Shown: in pieces, positions 36,468 through 38,712 of the stretch | How positions within the stretch are numbered: position 1 is the stretch's first letter | How the letters are laid out: each line of letters opens with the position of its first letter | DNA from: a virus | Lineage: Duplodnaviria; Caudoviricetes | IMG/VR virus record: IMGVR_UViG_3300002301_000037 | Location: 1 to 38,712 of that record | Strand: one strand, 5' to 3' | DNA length: 38,712 nt | The notes under the pieces: model-generated | The model's input: the letters and a program-made list of their open reading frames with translations, nothing else | Told to the model about the DNA's origin: nothing | Databases searched by the model: none | Position numbers and translations under genes: made by a program

Positions 36468-38243
36468 TCATCTTCTCCCCATCCCGTCAAAGCTCGTCCG
36501 TGGCGGCATCGGGCGAAGCGTTTTGCGCTTCATCGACCTGCGCAACCTGAGATTGAGCAGTACCGCGATCAGTGCCAGCGCACTAACAAGATCGTCATGG
36601 CATCCGCTCTCGGCTCCGGCGTCACCGCCTGGAAGTTTGACAAACGATAGCAACTCTCTCACAGTTGCCTTATCGTAGATAATCATACCCGGTTTTGCAT
36701 CCAATGCCTCGTTCAGCGTGTCCAACATGTAGAGTTTACTCTGTTTGTTTTCAGGATAACCTCCCTCTCGACGGATCGGCGCATGAGGCGCGTGAGTCGC
36801 CTTGATGTGCTTCGGATCGAATGTGTAGACGCCTGTGCACTCCTCACCCAACTGGAGCGCGATACCAAAACTTCCGTCGGGTTGCGGCGTGTGGTGAGTG
36901 AGCTGGAGCAATACTGCATGGCCGTGATTGTTTCGATGCACTCCTATAAGAGCGTCGTTATAGTAGTCCGCTAGCTCGGCGCATATATCGGCCGCGCGGC
37001 CTGGCGTATAAAGCCCATGCACCACAGCGCATTGCTCCCACGTCTGCACGCAAAACACGTGGATGCCCGTTTTGTCGTGATCGCCCTGGCCATCTATGCC
37101 CTGGGACGGGTCGCACGCTATCACGTAGTCGTAATCATCATGAGGCAGTCGCCAGATGCGCATCTCGCCATCGGGGTACATAGATCGCAATATCGGATGA
37201 TGCTGGATGTTGAAAACAAGCCCTTGTATCGGGTCGTAGACTGGTTTCGCCAGCTCGTCGAGCAACAGGGCGAGCCGCTCCTGGTTAAAATATGGGTTGC
37301 CTGAGTGCAAAAAGGCCACGCTTTCCGTGATCGGGTACTCCTGGTCGAATTTGGGCTTCTTATCCTCTTTGTTCAGTTCCACTTTTTTGTTCCGTATCCA
37401 CATCAACTGCCCGTCTGTGAGCCCGTGCATCGCCGCGAATGCCTCTTCGTCGGGCGATCGGCGGAAGTCGTCGGGTACCGGTTCGGTATACTCGCGATGG
37501 TGTTTGAAGCTGAAAAATCGAGGCCGAAACGCCGACTTCGGCGGGTCCGCCCATTCTTTATCACGCTCGATTTTGTACTCGTTGTAACCGTTCGCAGTCG
37601 TTTCTTTCCAGATGTTGCCGTTCTTTGGGACCGACTGGAGTAGCCCCGTTTCGATGTAATCGCCATTAACCCAGAACGCGCGCTCGGACTCCAGCAGGTT
37701 CTGTATCGTGCCTCCACGCCCTACATTATCCGTCCCGGCAGTGCCTACGCTGATAATCGAGCCTATCTCCTCAAACTCGATTTGTTGTTTAGTCGAGTAC
37801 TTCTTCTTGCGCTTTAACTCGTTAGGCAGCTGATCCCAAAACCGATGGATGATGTTAAACAGCATCTCGGAGCGTTTGCCGTTATCGGTCATGATCACCG
37901 ATTGGGTATGCGGTACGTTGATCGTATCGAGAAATATCAGCGCCAGTACGATAGTGGAGAACCCCATCTGGCGGCCTTTGAGGATGTCCTCCCGAACGCC
38001 TGATATCCTGTACTGCCCATCGCGCCAGTCGAACCCCGCATAATCCTGCGACAGCATATCGAGATACCAGGTTTGCGTAACATTAGGCTCCAGCGGTATA
38101 AGCTCGCGCTCTTTAGTCGTGATTTTGAGATCGTCAAACGTCACATGGTGTTTGATATCAGGATCCAGCCGCGCGCGCAAACGCTCATACATCGCCTCGC
38201 GCGCTGATTGGCCTGGTTTGACTAGCTGTACTCTGTTTGCCAT
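36468..38243 (-). CDS. terL: Terminase large subunit, 591 aa
   Basis: Walker A ILKGRQMGFST, Walker B-like LLESERAFW, coupling motif ETTANG, FDQEYP, nuclease VIACDPSQG and HDDLV. Confidence 0.95.
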   Translation of the reverse strand: MANRVQLVKPGQSAREAMYERLRARLDPDIKHHVTFDDLKITTKERELIPLEPNVTQTWYLDMLSQDYAGFDWRDGQYRISGVREDILKGRQMGFSTIVLALIFLDTINVPHTQSVIMTDNGKRSEMLFNIIHRFWDQLPNELKRKKKYSTKQQIEFEEIGSIISVGTAGTDNVGRGGTIQNLLESERAFWVNGDYIETGLLQSVPKNGNIWKETTANGYNEYKIERDKEWADPPKSAFRPRFFSFKHHREYTEPVPDDFRRSPDEEAFAAMHGLTDGQLMWIRNKKVELNKEDKKPKFDQEYPITESVAFLHSGNPYFNQERLALLLDELAKPVYDPIQGLVFNIQHHPILRSMYPDGEMRIWRLPHDDYDYVIACDPSQGIDGQGDHDKTGIHVFCVQTWEQCAVVHGLYTPGRAADICAELADYYNDALIGVHRNNHGHAVLLQLTHHTPQPDGSFGIALQLGEECTGVYTFDPKHIKATHAPHAPIRREGGYPENKQSKLYMLDTLNEALDAKPGMIIYDKATVRELLSFVKLPGGDAGAESGCHDDLVSALALIAVLLNLRLRRSMKRKTLRPMPPRTSFDGMGRR

Positions 38244-38262
38244 TGTCGTTTAGATATAATAA

Positions 38263-38294
38263 GAGCGTACCCAATCACGCGATTAGATACGCTC
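38263..38294 (-). terminator. Stem-loop between the DUF2158 gene and terL
   Basis: GAGCGTATCTAATC-GCGT-GATTGGGTACGCTC (14 bp with two G-U pairs) followed by TTATTAT. Confidence 0.55.
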
Positions 38295-38317
38295 GATAGT
38301 TGCGAGTAATCCAGCGA

Positions 38318-38638
38318 TTAAACCGGGTTGCCGCCGGCATCGCGGAACAGCGGGTTGCGGGTTGGTATCGGTACATCAATCTCCGCACTTGACATTACGT
38401 TGCGAGGCATCGCAAATGTTTTAACTGGCGGTTGCGGCAGGTCCTCGCCGAGTGGTGGTATGCGCGACTCTATGGTGATGCAGGCTAGCGGCACGTTAAC
38501 GGCGTCTACAATGTCGTCGCGGGCCGCGCTGTACCAGGATAGCGTACAGTATTCATCCTCCTCCTCGATGTAGGTAATCACCATTTCCGGGCCTCCGCTT
38601 TTGAGACTCACCACGTCGCCAACGTTAAGCGATCTCAT
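38318..38638 (-). CDS. YodC/DUF2158-like small protein, 106 aa
   Basis: LNVGDVVSLKSGGPEMVI...C.LSW matches the family signature. Confidence 0.8.
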   Translation of the reverse strand: MRSLNVGDVVSLKSGGPEMVITYIEEEDEYCTLSWYSAARDDIVDAVNVPLACITIESRIPPLGEDLPQPPVKTFAMPRNVMSSAEIDVPIPTRNPLFRDAGGNPV

Positions 38639-38712
38639 CTCATGGCCTCATGGCCTCGTGATAGTTATCCCCAGGACTCGGCGGCGCCGGCGGCAGCGGG
38701 TACGTCGCGCCT

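Overview
The window is part of a dsDNA tailed-phage genome (podovirus-like morphogenesis gene set, standard genetic code); no host, replication, integrase or lysis genes were recognised. It has three blocks. (1) Minus-strand head and ejection block, 1-15209: portal, scaffold, decoration protein, major capsid protein, small basic proteins, a permuted NlpC/P60-type hydrolase, two DNA-ejection-like proteins and a giant (>1614 aa, truncated) polyvalent protein with a ParB-like domain that the ORF track misses. (2) Divergent plus-strand tail block, 15328-33166: KTSC protein, beta-helix tailspike, methyltransferase/Maf(DUF115)-like fusion, fibre and repeat proteins, two paralogous head-tail adaptors, a nozzle protein, one intact and one decayed HNH endonuclease. 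(3) Minus-strand block, 33173-38638: terminase large subunit and about 11 small genes. The most unusual signal is at 32401-32510 (minus strand): two complementary tRNA halves in circularly permuted order (3' half first), broken at the anticodon loop and flanked by hairpins. All family assignments come from motif recognition by eye, not database searches.
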